Positions 40,321 through 54,239 of a stretch of 64,000 nucleotides of DNA are shown here, one piece after another. Every line of letters begins with the position of its first letter. Position 1 is the stretch's first letter. The translations under genes were made by a program, and so were the position numbers. The notes beneath the pieces are model-generated. The model was not told where the DNA came from, searched no databases, and was given only the letters and a program-made list of their open reading frames with translations. Origin of the DNA: the human T2T-CHM13v2.0 reference genome, Homo sapiens; assembly GCF_009914755.1 (NCBI RefSeq), contig NC_060933.1. The stretch is one strand, 5' to 3'.

Positions 40321-43316
40321 GAAAGGAAACTATCCAGGAAGAAACTCAATTTATGTGAACCGAATTGCCTTTGAAAGTTTTAGTACTGAAAGACAGCCCA
40401 TTGAGAATAATGTGTGAGAAGCCAGAGACCTCGTTTCACTGGGGACACACCCCCTCCCGGCTTCCCTTTCCACGCCTCCCAGCGCACTGCATTACCGTGG
40501 CTTCAGGATGTGGGGGCTGCTACAGTGTTCTAGTAGCCTGACATCGACTCTCTCAACCCAAGTCCAGCCCATTTCCCTGTTCTTGCTTCTGACAAAGTGA
40601 GGCCCAATAGGGCTCAGACTGGTTGCTCAGTTCTGGAAAGATCAGGGATGCTGCCAGCATGGCTGTCTCAACCCACTGAGTTCTGTCTAAACTTCATTTT
40701 TAAAAAATAAAAAAAATTAAGTATCAGAGGGAAAGAAATTGACCTGAAATTATACAGCAAGTGGAGGCACAGCAGATTCCTGCATGATTCCTGCCCCTGG
40801 ATCAGGAGTCTGCTCTACTTGACCTGTCCCTGTTTTCAGGAGTTCTTGAAGAGGATGGAGAAAAAATGAGAATTTAACCAGGTTTTTCAAGAATCATGTA
40901 AAATCACCTTAGTCGGGGTGTGTTATCATTACCAGCATGTCCTGCAGGCCAGGGGCGCTGGGACTACTCTCTCTCCCAAAGACTTGAGACAGGCAGCCCC
41001 TTCTAAAGCCTCTGCTTCCCCGTTTGTTTAATACAGAGAACAAATCCTGAGATGTGACTTCTTAGGCTCTGTGAGATGAAGCTTCATGGATGGGGGTTAT
41101 TAATATCTATCACTCCATTCCAGGCTCATTCCAGAACTGTGAGACTGGATGTCAATGCCCAGTGGGAAAGTACTCAATCCATCCAGGTCTGCCCGGATCT
41201 AAGGACTCAAGGGTTCCCATGGCAAGGAGAGACTACTACTTGTCCAAGTAGTAGTTTTTCTCCAAGGGGGTCCATGGAGAGAGGGGGGAATCTGTCTCTT
41301 CTCCCAGCAGGAACAGGAGGTCTAAGGGCAGAGAGGTCACCTTCCATTCCTATTCCCTCCCTTACTCATGCTTTATGATCTCGAACAAGTCCCTTCCCCT
41401 CTCCGAACCTCTGAGTTTCCTTTCCCTACAGCAAGGAAGACATTAGAGGAGAAGGTCCTTAAGTGGCTCCCTGCTTAGTGTTGACCTGACCTTATTTTGG
41501 GCTTAGAGCCAGAAGGACACACTCCCTCCCCATTGGGCAGATAGGGAAACTGAGGTTGGGGTAAGAAATGGAATATGGTTCTGAAGGAAGAAAAAAGAAG
41601 TCTATTGGCCCATGAAATACCCAGAAGTTGGGAGAAGGAAGAAGCTCTCATAGGAACCAGACCTGGACAACCCTTTGAGCACCAGCTTGGACAGCTTCTC
41701 AGCTTCCCTCTCTTCTCCAGCCCTGACCCAGGCTGGAGTGGACAGATGGAAGTGCAGTCTCACTTGAACTGTCGCCCTTTTCCAGGCAGGCAGCTCTTCC
41801 CCAACCCATCAGTGAGGAGGGGGCGTGGCTCTCTAGATTTTAAGGCTTGGCCAGCCTAGGGCTCCCGTATCTCACCCCACCCCAAGCCCCACCCAGTCCA
41901 GCTATGCAGAGGAATAAAATGCTTTATTGATTAAATGATTATTCAGGCAATTGAACTAATCAAAGAGCCCATCGACCGCCATGAATTACATTCTTCTACA
42001 CAGCTTGTCGGGAGAGCCAGCCCGAGGACTGCGCAGACCCTCTCCATGACACTCACACATCCCCGCCTCATTCCCCACACATACACAACACCCACTTCCA
42101 GGCTCAGGTCTCTCTGAAAGTCCATCTGCTGAGAAGCCCACTGCCAGGGAGAAGGGCCTTCTGAGAATTGAGGATGGAGAAGAGGAGTTTCCAGGTAACT
42201 TTTCCTGAGCCCTCATCCTGGGAGCACTCTTCTGCCTCAGATCTCTGCCCTCACTTCTCTCCAGCCACAATTTTGGAAACACAGTTATGCCCCAGAAGTT
42301 GTCCTGGGCTTGGGGTCTAAGTTTATCCTTTTTGCTCTTAGGCTTGTATTTGAGGCTGGAGGAGAGATGGGGGTTCTCAGAGGGCACAGAGATGGGGGAA
42401 GGGGGCTTCTTGCCAGGGCCAAGAGAGTGTTTGTGTGGGAGTTACACAGTGGCCTAGTGAGTGAAAGAGGCCCCCCATACCTGATTCATGCCTCAGGGCA
42501 GATGGAGGCCTACTGTCCCTGCTATCTCCTCTCAGACATAAACACATCCTGCTACCTACTTCTCAGGCCTGTGGGAGGCACATGGGGACCTAAGCCAGGG
42601 AGGCCTGTGCGCATACAGGCCCTAGAGCTGAATGCCCAGACTATGCACATGCATCCACCCACTGTGCTCTCCTCCACTGGTGCGGCACCCACAGGATAAA
42701 ACCTGAGGACACAGTGTGTGTGTGTCTGTGTGTACACACAAATACACACCCCAGTGTCAGAGGCTTGTCTAGGTGAAAGTGAATGTAGGCTGGGGGTCCC
42801 TAGAAATGTCACAACTAACCCTACAGGTGTCCGCTGTCATCTGCAAGGTTGTGCCTGCCACAGGAGACCTGTTTGTACAAATGGTAGCCTGAACAGTGCT
42901 CACTGCACACCAAGAGGCTGCATGCCCTGAATTCACACCTTCATTCCTGGTCCTATCTCCCAATAGAATGGACACTGGGCCTTACAATGCACATGCTAAA
43001 CACCACGGATCTCCATAGGCCCCAGACCCACGTCTAGGAGTTTGCCTAGAGACACAATGTGAACATTGGCGTGTATGCATTGGACAGCCGTTGACATCCA
43101 AAAATGGAAAGGTCAGTGTAGCCACTTCTTTCTCACATCCAAAAATCACCTGGGATATAACAGGTGAATGCAGACCCTTTAAATAGTGGATGTACACTCA
43201 GATATTTCCGAATTACATAAATAACACTCATAGTAGACACACATTTTGGATACCCAAAAGAATATACACAAGTACTAACTTATAAACACACACGAATACC
43301 CCACGAGTATAAAGAT

Positions 43317-43342
43317 ACACACACACACACACACACACACAC
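43317..43342. repeat. (AC)13 microsatellite in intron 1
   Basis: Read directly. Confidence 0.9.
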
Positions 43343-43700
43343 AGGCAAACAACTTTTGGACACAAACTCATATATTTTTACATCTTTTAAAAATACATAT
43401 ACTGTAATGAGCACACTGAGTCCCTTATATAAACACACAGGCCCTAACTTGCAGACCCCCGGAAGGACGCCAGCGTGAACATTCAGAAACAGAGAAAAAC
43501 ACAGACAAACTCACAGATATTTGGACTGATGCAGAAGTGTGTGAACAGATAGGTGAAAAAACATAACAAACACGCCGCAGTTAGACAGTCTCTACGAAAA
43601 TGCGGCGCGCCCCCTCCTCCTCCAGGGTCACCCTGCGTGGGGACCAAGGCCTGGCCGTGTCCCGGAGTTTGCACATCTGGAGCCCGTATCGCGGTCCTAC

Positions 43701-43746
43701 CTGTCCTGCTGGTCCGAGGAGTCGGATAATTTTTCTCTAAATCCAT
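43701..43746 (-). CDS. PAX5: PAX5 exon 1A, coding part (MDLEKNYPTPRTSRT + 1 nt)
   Basis: ATG at 43746-43744; 46 coding nt then donor CAG|GTAGGA; peptide is the PAX5 N-terminus; phase 1 joins exon 2. Confidence 0.98.
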
Positions 43747-43811
43747 TTTGATTTTTCAGGACTTGATGGAATGGACAGGGAAAAGTTTCCACTTTTTTGT
43801 GCCTTTTTTTT

Positions 43812-43842
<31 letters not shown>

Positions 43843-44192
43843 GGTGCCAGGGGCCGCTCACAGGTCGGAATAATTCAAGCCTTCCGCTCCCCCGCCGAGC
43901 TGGGGTAGCTGATCACTGAGCTGAAACTAAACGTTTTAGGTGGAAAAAAAGCGTCCGAAGGCACCGTGAAATGATTAAGGAACTAAAGAGCTTCTCGCCA
44001 TGTGAGATCATGTCCTGTTCTCGCCAACATCACAAGATGTCCCCAGACACGCCGCGCCCCCAGCGCGCCGCCCCACACTGCCGGCCCGGAGCGAGGAAAG
44101 GGTAGGCGCTGCGCGGCCGGGCCTGCTCAGCGCGCCAGACGTGGCGGACCCGGCCCGGCCGGAGTAGAGCGGGAAGCCGGGAGAGCAGCAGT
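43747..44192 (-). other. PAX5: PAX5 exon 1A 5' UTR (long form; TSS approximate)
   Basis: TSS inferred about 25-30 nt downstream of the TATAAAA at 44222-44216; contains an A-rich tract and three upstream ATGs. Confidence 0.65.
43804..43842 (-). repeat. A29-G-A9 tract in the exon 1A 5' UTR
   Basis: T9-C-T29 on the + strand. Confidence 0.95.
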
Positions 44193-44215
44193 GCTGCTGC
44201 CGCGCCGCCCCAGAC

Positions 44216-44222
44216 TTTTATA
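44216..44222 (-). promoter_or_regulatory. TATA box of the PAX5 1A promoter
   Basis: TTTTATA on + reads TATAAAA on -, embedded in GC-rich sequence about 470 nt upstream of the 1A ATG; the 1A promoter is known to be TATA-containing. Confidence 0.85.
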
Positions 44223-45079
44223 GGGGTTGGGGGGAGGGAAGGAAGGCTTCAGCCTGCGCCGGGCGCTAGCCAGCGCACCTACGGGAAGGGGCAGACCGAA
44301 GCGGAGCCCGGGAGCCCGGGTCTTCCAGCCGCACCCTCTATTAAGACATGCGCTTGGGGGTCGCGGCCCTCTGCGCTGTGCGCGGGGTCTGTGACATCTC
44401 CATGTGCAAACCCCGCTGCTTAGACGAGCGCAGGCCGGGTTTTTGTTTTTGAAGAAATTAACTGCTCGGCCAAGCAGGTGCTTTTGAAAGGGGTTGCAAA
44501 GGCTGGCAGTGTTGCCAGGCACCGAGGCGACGTTCCGGTTTACTCCGATTCACCCCTAGGGCGGCGCCCGACCCCAGGGTTCCCAGCCATCCAACCCCCA
44601 CCCCAATTTGTTGGGGTCCTGACTATTGCTGGGCCCCTGACCCTAGGGCAGCGCCAGATCCCTAAAGCCCCCAGGTCCCATCCAGTCTTCTAGTCCCAGA
44701 ACCCCTCCCCACATCAAGTTCCATTCTGGCCCAGAGCATGGAGGTTAAGCTGTGAAATACTGGAGATGAAATCCGGGCTTCCGCTTTGGAGCACCCGGGC
44801 AGAGCAGAACATCTCAGTAGTTTCTGGAGATTGGCGGGAGTTCCAGACACCTTACCCCGGCCCATAAGTGGAATCGCATTGCCCTCGAGCCCTGAGACGT
44901 TGTGGAGTCCCAGAGCCCCAGGACTTGATTCCAGAGAGGAAATCAGATCCACAGAGACCGAGCAGAGGTGTGGCATGTCCAGCCCTCTCTCTTCGGGCCA
45001 GACTCAAGCCTCCCCTCCCTGTTCCCCTCCCCAGCCTTGAGTTAGTTCAGCTGCTGGGCCTAGCCACTGAAAGCCTGTG

Positions 45080-48050
45080 GGGCCCTGCAGCGGGGTGGTC
45101 GCAGGGGAAAGGTTCTCCAGGGCGGGGGAGCGCTCCGTAGGAGGACTCCTGGCCCGCCGGACAATGGCAGTTTTGGAGAGTGAATCGTCCTCAGCAAGAG
45201 TGTTGTTTGTTTTTTGGAGGGGGTGGTCACGAGGCTGGGTCGCAACCTAGGGGGAAGAGCCTAGAGCTCGAGGAAAGGGGGGCCCCCGGCGGCAACTGGA
45301 CATCACATATCCACTGAGCAGATTTCGCCACAATCGGAAATGTGGCTGTGGATTCCCGGGCGGCCCCCCCACCAAGTGGTCTGCGCAGTTCCCCAGCGCC
45401 GCCTCCTCCCTGCAGCCTGCGGGCCCGTGTCCCTACCCCGAGATTTGATTTTTGGCCATCTCCGAGTGCTCGACTCTTTCCCTCCGCAGCCCAGCCCCAG
45501 CCCAGGCTTCCCGCCCTCCCGCCTCGCCCGCGCCGGGAGGCAGCGCCTGGGAGGAGCGGCCTGTCCGCGCCTGGAGATCAAAAGCCCTCCCGGAATTGAC
45601 ATTTCACCCCGGGCTGGGGGCGGGGGGTGTTGGTGTTTTGTTGTTGTTGTTGTTTCCATTTAGAGGGCTTGTTTTGTTTTTGTTTGTTTTCTGTGAGTTT
45701 TCATTTTTCCATGGGATATTCTTTTGTTTCGGGTGTTTTGCGTGTTGTTTTTTCGTGGGATTGATTTTAGCGGGTTTTGCTCTGTAAGTCCTGGTCTTTG
45801 GGGTGAGTTTTGATTTTGTGTAATTTTGTACTTTGTCCTTGTAGGCTGTCTTTTTGTGTGTCGTTTGTAAGGCTTTTCCTTCTCCGCGGTGTTTAGATGT
45901 GTTTTGATTTGGTGTGAGTGGGTGTCGTCTGTGTGTGTGTTGCCTTAGGGAATTTCGTGTTGTGTGTGTTTTGTTTCCTTCGATTTGAATTTTATTTTTT
46001 TGAGCTGTACGTTTTGGTGGGGGATCGGGTTATATTTTCATGTGTTGGCTTTAGTTTTTGTGTTTGTGAGATGCGCTGGTGAGAGTTTGCGTGTGTATTT
46101 TGGCTTTTGTGGGGCTTTGGGATTAGGGAGGGGAAATCAGCCGCTACTCCGTTCCTGCCCGCACCCATGAAGGGCAGAGGATTAGGCCAAGCATCACGAA
46201 TCGTAGGTTCGCCGTGCTCCGCCGCTTCGCGCTCTGGACGCTCGAGACCAGCGGGAAACAAATGTGGTTCCCGAGGGGGCGCCCGCTGGTCGTCAAAACC
46301 TCGCGGGCCCGGAGGCGCCGCTGCTGGGTCAGAATCGCAGAGCCCCCCTCGCGGGGTACCGAGGCCCAGCCGCCGTCCCCTTGCCCACCCTCTCCCCTGT
46401 GAGTCGGTCTCCCCTTGCGCCTGGCCAGCATGCTTCGGACCGTCCGGACTCCCGCAGCGTTGGCCCAAGGGGCGGCTCCCCTCGGCGGAGCAGGTGACGA
46501 ACCACTTCGGAGGACACGGAATTGACACTGCGGCCCTAGAGATACGGGACAAGGGGCCAGAACGCGGGGAGTCTAGGCTCAGATCGGAGTCGGGATCCCG
46601 GGAAAATCCCCCATCTCCCTTGCCCGCAGCCCTAGAATCCCAGAAACCCAACTCCGCGCAGCTTTCGGTTTGGAGAGCCCGCCCTGGTTTGCAAGCACAG
46701 ATACATGTGCCCACACCCGAACACACGCAGACACCGCCAGAGAGCGAGACAGCGAGCGGGCGCCTCCGTAGCAGCGGCCTGCGGGGCGGAACCGGAGCTG
46801 GCGCCGCCTCAAGGGGAAACCGAACTGTAGTGACCGGAAATGTCCCCAGGACAGAATAAGCCATTCCTTCTGTCCACGTTGCCAGGACTTCTCCAGCTCA
46901 ACACACCTTGGTTTGTTTAATGTTACACGAGGGAGAAGATTTAGAGGCAGAGACACATGCTGGCTCAATCGGCGAGGAAATACGAGCAGAGTCTAAACAG
47001 AAAGAAATATGGAACGGGGGGAGACTAGACTGTGGCGAAGGCAAATTGGAGGCCCAGAAAAGGGGCTGGTGCGGAAGCTCCTCCAGGCCCCTGGGCGCTC
47101 TGGCATTCTGTGAGAAGGAGAAAGCAGAAGCCGAGAACAGAGAGTGACAGGAAAAGAAAAGAGACGCAGAAGGGGTTGGCCTAGGCACGCTGCGAGCTGC
47201 CCTCCAGCTAAGACGCTGCGGGCAAGGGAGGGGGAGGCCGACATCGCCAGGCGAGGGGCCAAGGTCGGGCTCTTTAACTCAGCCAGGAAACATCGTTGGG
47301 GGCTCCAGGGCTCGTGGAGCCCGAACTGGGGCTCATTTCCGGCCCGATGCCCCTCTTCCCCAGACCCCTAGCCCGGAATCCAGCAAAGGCTGGGCCATCG
47401 CCGTCCGCCACTGGGCCTCCCTCTGTGCGAGCCCTGGGAGAAGCCTCAGGGAACGACTCTGGCACTGGGGCTCGGCCCCGGAGCTAGCGCAGAGCGTGGG
47501 TGGGAGTCGACATCCAGGCAGGAGGCAAAGAAGAGGCCCCGCCCTAAAGCCGAAGGCCCAGTTCTTCGAAAGCCTGTGGCCGGAGCTGGACTCACAGGAT
47601 TCGGGGTCCGTACAGCGCGCACGTGGTACCGCATCTTCGGCAGGCGGCGCCCCTAATGCCCAGCCCCGCCCTGCTTCCTTTGCCGGGCCTGAACGGTGTC
47701 AGCATTGAGGGTGGACGCCGAGTCGCGGCGAGTTGGTCCCTTGCGGTATAAACTTGGGGCTTCCCTAGGGGCGGTGCCGGGATGGATGGGGGCGCCTCTC
47801 CACCTGCAACTCCCCCAGCGCAGAGCGCAAAAAGTGCACATCGCGGGCCAGCCGTCGCCTCGGGGTTTCAGGCGGCGCCCGGGGCAAAAAGGAGCTGAGG
47901 ATTGGTTTGGGTCAAAACACCCATTTCAGTTGGCAGTGGGGTCCTCTGCGCCTACAGGGCTTCGAGCTCCGGGTGCTGGCTCACTGGGGCACCATGTGCC
48001 AGCGACTCGCCACCCGGAAATACTTGGGTTGCGCTAGAATACGCGATGGG
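45080..48050. promoter_or_regulatory. Upstream CpG island cluster, interrupted by a GT-rich tract
   Basis: CpG-dense at about 45080-45620 and 46140-48050. Confidence 0.75.
45626..46110. repeat. GT/T-rich low-complexity tract
   Basis: About 480 nt dominated by TTG, TGT and TTTT on +. Confidence 0.85.
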
Positions 48051-48479
48051 TCTGTGTTCGGGTAACCTGGTGCTCATGGTGGGTTATTACTATTGTTGTT
48101 TTACTTTACTGCTTTTCTTGCTTTCATTAGAAATGTTACTGAGAGAAGCCTCAAAGAGCGCAGACCTGGGGTCGTTTGGATGGGTTCATTTCAACTCAAA
48201 TCCACTAATTCAATTCAGTTCCACGACTAGTTTCCAGCGCACAGGTACACATGGTAGACGTCAAGTGTATGCCGTATGCATATGCACAGAGACGCTATTT
48301 GAAGGCAACTCTTGGAGAATTTTGAGATAAAATTCACTCTCCTGGAGTTACATTCGCAATATATGAATATGGAAAACAGGCAATCAGTTGTATTTAAAAT
48401 TTGCCAACACGTCCCAGCAATCCACTCTCACCTAAGAATCCAAAATGGGGCATTGAAAAGATTTACTGGCATTCTGGTT

Positions 48480-49050
48480 GTTTAATATTGAAAACAAGCG
48501 TAAATCAGTTCATTTCTCTTTATATTTCTTTTCAAATTTAACAATACCATAATAAGTGTAAGTAATAAAACCATATTTTGCTAAAGAAAGTTTGCACATA
48601 GGATGCTTTATTTCTATCAGTATTTATACGATGTTCTGTTGGCTCTCCTCACCCCCTTTTCTTCTAGTTCACCGTGTAATGTGAGCTTTAAATATTCATG
48701 CGTCGGCCCAGACTTACATTTATTTAATGTGTTTTAAACTAATAACATTTTAATGTGATATAATTTGATTCCATGAAGTACTGGAACATAAAAAAGCCTA
48801 CTGCACAAGCGATTTTGAGTGAGGGTGAGTGCACAAGCTAAACGATTCTTTTAGTTTTGGACGCAGATCAGAGTGTTAAACGGAAGTGAAGCGCGCCTTT
48901 AAGTAAGCCCTTTAATATTCTCGTTTCTTCATTCTCCATTTTTCTGTAATAACTTCAGAGCCGTGGCAGAGGATCACCCCAGGATTGGGGTGCTTTCCCT
49001 GGAGCCTGCCTTGTGAACCTGCAAATCGCCAAGTGAATACCTCAGCCTCA
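48480..49050. promoter_or_regulatory. Candidate midbrain-hindbrain boundary enhancer
   Basis: Repeat-free AT-rich block with several TAAT cores and a Pax2/5/8-like site CGGAAGTGAAGCGCGCC at 48881-48897, about 4.7 kb upstream of the 1A TSS. Confidence 0.35.
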
Positions 49051-51854
49051 GGGCAGGTTGTGGGCTGATTTTTATTTTTTCTTTTGGGAGGGAAGTCTTT
49101 TGGGAAGGTCAGGGGGCTACAGGATATGAAGTCTGGATTTGAGAACGTGCCGGAAATAAAACTGTGCTCTAAAAATCTTTCAGGTTTGCTGCTGATTAAC
49201 TATCTTTAGCAACCCAGCCCAGAGTAAGATGGAAAAGATGAGCTACACTTGGGCCAAAGTGCCTTTGAGATGAGCCCTGAAGCCAGTCTCAGTGTTTAGC
49301 CATCACCAGAGACACTTCCCAAAGCCTTAACTTTTCCTTCACTTTGTACTGGAGGTGGGGGCCTTCTGGCACTGAATGCAAATCTACCAAAAAAAAAAAA
49401 AATCCTCTACACAAAGAAAAATTAAAGATATCCCCTAATTTATTTTCGGTCAGATGAAAACCATCTGAAATATCTAATATGAGGAGCTTATGGACATAGA
49501 ATCAGAAAGTCATTATCCCCCTAAATCATGAAAATATTTCTAATGGGAAATCATGACATTGTATCCTCGTTATAAACACATAGTGTGGACCTATCACATA
49601 AGGAAACTCCGTCAATCTACTATTACCTAAGAATCCAAAATGATACATTGGAAAGATTTGCAGTCTGAGGACAAAATATTCATACGAAATACGTACCAAA
49701 ATAATCATGCTAAATTGTTCATACTGAAATGCTGCTATCCTTTCAACTAAAACAATCTTTAGAACAAGTATTGGCAATTTTCTGGACAGATCTTTATAAA
49801 TCTTCCCAGCAAAACAATTAAGAAATATGTACTCAGATTTTATTTTTACAGGATATATGTGTGTATATGTATATATATTTTATGTATGTATATATTTACA
49901 TATACATGCGCGTGTGTGTGTAAAGTTCTCTACCATAGGCAGGCTGAGAGTTCAAAGATGGGCTTTTCCTTGTTAGGTACAAATTCTTATAAACAAAGTA
50001 TGAGATGGAAACAGTTTAGTGAATTTTTTCCTAATTTGGTACAGCAGTTGGTGTCTCATTTCTCATGCAATTTGCACGTAGACTCATGTACCCCATGAAG
50101 TGACAAAAGAGAATCAGGGATGAAAACCTGCCAGTGTCTGCAGGCGGTGCCTCAAAGCGCTCTTTTGGACACACGTTCTTGGTGGTGGGGAGTTTGCTGC
50201 CTCTAAACCAGGCCTGACCTTTTGTCTTTTGACCTCTGATGCATGAAATTAGGTAGCAAAAGAAAATGAAGAAAAGGATACAAAAACATGGAAAAACAGC
50301 CCTCCTTGACAATAGTCATTGTATCAGATCATAGCAGAGCTGCCCTACATAGCCCAAAGTGCTTGTTTATAAGGCTGCGGGTCTTCCTGGCCACTGGGTT
50401 CCTGTTCTTCTTTGTGGGCAATCTGCATTTGTTGGGGGAGGGACTACGCACTCTTTTTAATTAAGCTCAGAGCTGGGTTTTGTCTTGGCTCCTTTCACCA
50501 AAGCCCGTTTAGCGAGCGTTTGGCCCCTCCATTTCCTCTGAGGTCTTCTGTGTAGGCTGGGTGCCTGGGGGTACCACCTGGGGCAGCTTCCAAGACCCAA
50601 AGGAAAACTCTGCCCCTTCTGGCCACCCAGGCTGAAGCTGAATCCCAGCTGGCGTGGAGGGGAGAGGGTGGCAAGGGGTGGGGTCATGCTCCTTGGTCCT
50701 GAAGGAACACACACCCCAAGTGAATAGACTTCCACTCTTTCTCCAAACCCCGTCAGAAAGCCTGAGTCACTGGTGTTCCCTGCCCCCTCGGCCTAAGGAG
50801 TCAGCTCAGTACCCTCCCCTGTCATGAGAGCCAGGGAGGAGGGCAAGAACATTTGCAGAGATGCCTTCAGCAAGCCTCACACAACATCCTTTGATCCTCG
50901 AAGCCACCCTGGAAAGGGGTGCACAGCCCTGGGTTAGGAGCCACAGTACAATGGGCACCAGGCCCTGTCCAGAAGGGAAACAGGCCTCGACTTAGATGGT
51001 AAGAGAGTGAAGATGTGTGCAAGCAAGAGAGATCTGGGAGAACTGTGCCAGGTACTGAAGCCAGACTCTGGAAAGGGGGAGGCTGGAGGGGACATCTCTA
51101 GAGGGTGACCTGAGATGAGTGTTGAAGGGTAAGTAGGACTTTGCTAGATAAATAAGGAGCAGATGGCATAACTAAGATCTGCACTTTGCAGAAGAGGCTA
51201 CTGGATATCAACATACAAGCAAAATACTGAAAAAAGAGCTGCCCAAGGGTTTGGGAACAATGTAGGAATGGCAAATGCTTCTGAGGGAAGGAATTCACAA
51301 TGGTTTGAGGAACGGGACAAAGGAAGGAAGATGGCTAGAGTGGGCAGGCCCCTGCTGTACCTCATGAAGATGGCCAGAGCAGCAGCTAAGACATATTCTC
51401 TCCTTACCATATGGAGTAAATGGACCCACAGGCCAAAGGGAAGAAATAAGAGAAAGGCCCTAGGACCAAAGGAGAGAAACATAGCAAAGCTTACTCTCCA
51501 TCAGTTTTTTGGATTTTTTTTTTTTAACCTTCTCCCCTGGGAAGTTTGCACAAAGTTCCCTCAACAACCTCAGTCTGGAAAAGCAAACCAACCACCCTCA
51601 GCCTGGAATGCTCCTCATGAACTTTACCAAATCCTCTCAGGCTGTAAAGACCCCCCCCAGAGCCGCAGCTGGTGGCCACCATTCTCTGCTCAGGCCACGT
51701 AGCCCTGAGCTCACCCTTCCTGTTACCTTATGGGTTGGAGATGAAGTGTCTGTGTCCAGTTCTCACCACTCCTCCTAGTCTCCTGGCTCCCATGGGCAGG
51801 ACTTCTCCTTTGGGCACCAGCTCTTCTGGAAGTAAGTCATTCTGTTCCCTTATA

Positions 51855-52026
51855 ACAGTAGCTTCTACACTTCAGTGTGAGAAGAATCACATGCAGATCC
51901 CTGGGCCCCAGCCCCAGAGAGCTTGGTTTAGTGCTATGAGACCGAGCTTGGAACCTGAACGTCTAGTAACTTCCCCAGGTGAGTAGGGTGCAGGAAGTAC
52001 CTGGACCATCCATTGAGAAACACTGG
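51855..52026. mobile_element. MER5A-like hAT fossil
   Basis: AGAATCAC...CCCCAGAGA...TTCCCCAGGTGA...TTGAGAAACACTG pattern. Confidence 0.5.
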
Positions 52027-52377
52027 CTTAAAAGCTTTTTCAGAGCAAGCACTAAGCCACTGTGATTCACTGACCCCTGCCCCACTCACCAGGTCTACAC
52101 CTGTCTAAACACCCTGAACGAGAATTTGTGAGGCTGGCAACATCCAGATCCCCAAAGTATCAGCAGCCATATTGACAAACCATTCCTGATTTGCCCCAAA
52201 AGGACCAAAAAAAGTCTGACTTTGGTAATGGATGTGCCCCCTTCCTCTCATTTTAATTCAATTCTATTCAGCAAAGACAGCCTTGTGCTTAGTCCTGGAG
52301 GGAGATGAGAGCCTCCTGCCTCAAGTTGCTCGAAGCCACACTGAAGAAATAAGCCTTTAATCCACAGAAGAACTTGA

Positions 52378-52715
<338 letters not shown>

Positions 52716-52987
52716 TAGGAAAACAAAAGTGGAGTCCTCCCTTCCTGCTAAGGAAATCTATGAAGATTTCTTAAAGGAGGCAGCATTTGATCTGGAAGAG
52801 TGAGTTGGAAAAGAAAGGGAAAAGGATGCTACAGACCAACAGTTCAATATGATGAGCAATGGCTCGGAGGGAGAAAATGCTTGGCTTATTTAAGAACTGG
52901 CAAGGCAGGAGAATAGAGAGAATTCCCTGGTGATGAAATTGAGACCAGTTGAGGAAACAAGAGTCCTCAAGGACTGCATTAATCTTA

Positions 52988-53469
<482 letters not shown>

Positions 53470-53845
53470 TAGTGAGCATATCAGACTCCCCCTGGGTGCC
53501 ACACTTATGTGAATGCCTTTGTCACACTGTCATGGCTCCTTGTCCTCTTCCCTTCCTCTCATGAAAGCAGTGAGACAGTGTCTGATCCCTCTTTGCAACC
53601 CCAAAAACAGCACAGGAGTTGCACATAAAAATGCTCATTTGAGAGTCTGATGAATGAATAAATGTGGTGAAGGTAAAATCCTCCCTGAACTGGTCCTCTG
53701 CAGCCCATGACTCTAGCTCTCACTTCACCACATCCTAGAAGCATGACATCACCTCTGTGCCCCTCAGTTTGCTAACCTATAAAATGGGCAGAATAAGTGC
53801 CACCCACTCATCCTATTTCTCATGGCAGTTGTGAGGACCAAATGA

Positions 53846-54239
<394 letters not shown>

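Larger units (their letters stand above)
43570..44580. promoter_or_regulatory. CpG island at exon 1A
   Basis: CpG-dense around the TATA box and exon 1A. Confidence 0.8.

Noticed and set aside
42660-42716. RSS heptamers CACTGTG/CACAGTG here and at 18928, 21605, 34364, 34586, 36387 and 37366
   Set aside because: No convincing nonamer seen at 12- or 23-nt spacing; heptamers alone are expected by chance.
43483-43700. 87-aa ORF extending exon 1A
   Set aside because: Read-through past the consensus donor into intron 1; only the first 46 nt are PAX5 coding.
45992-46864. Overlapping 290-aa (-) and 250-aa (+) ORFs upstream of PAX5
   Set aside because: Stop-poor CpG-island sequence, Pro/Arg/Gly/Ala-rich, no recognisable domain.
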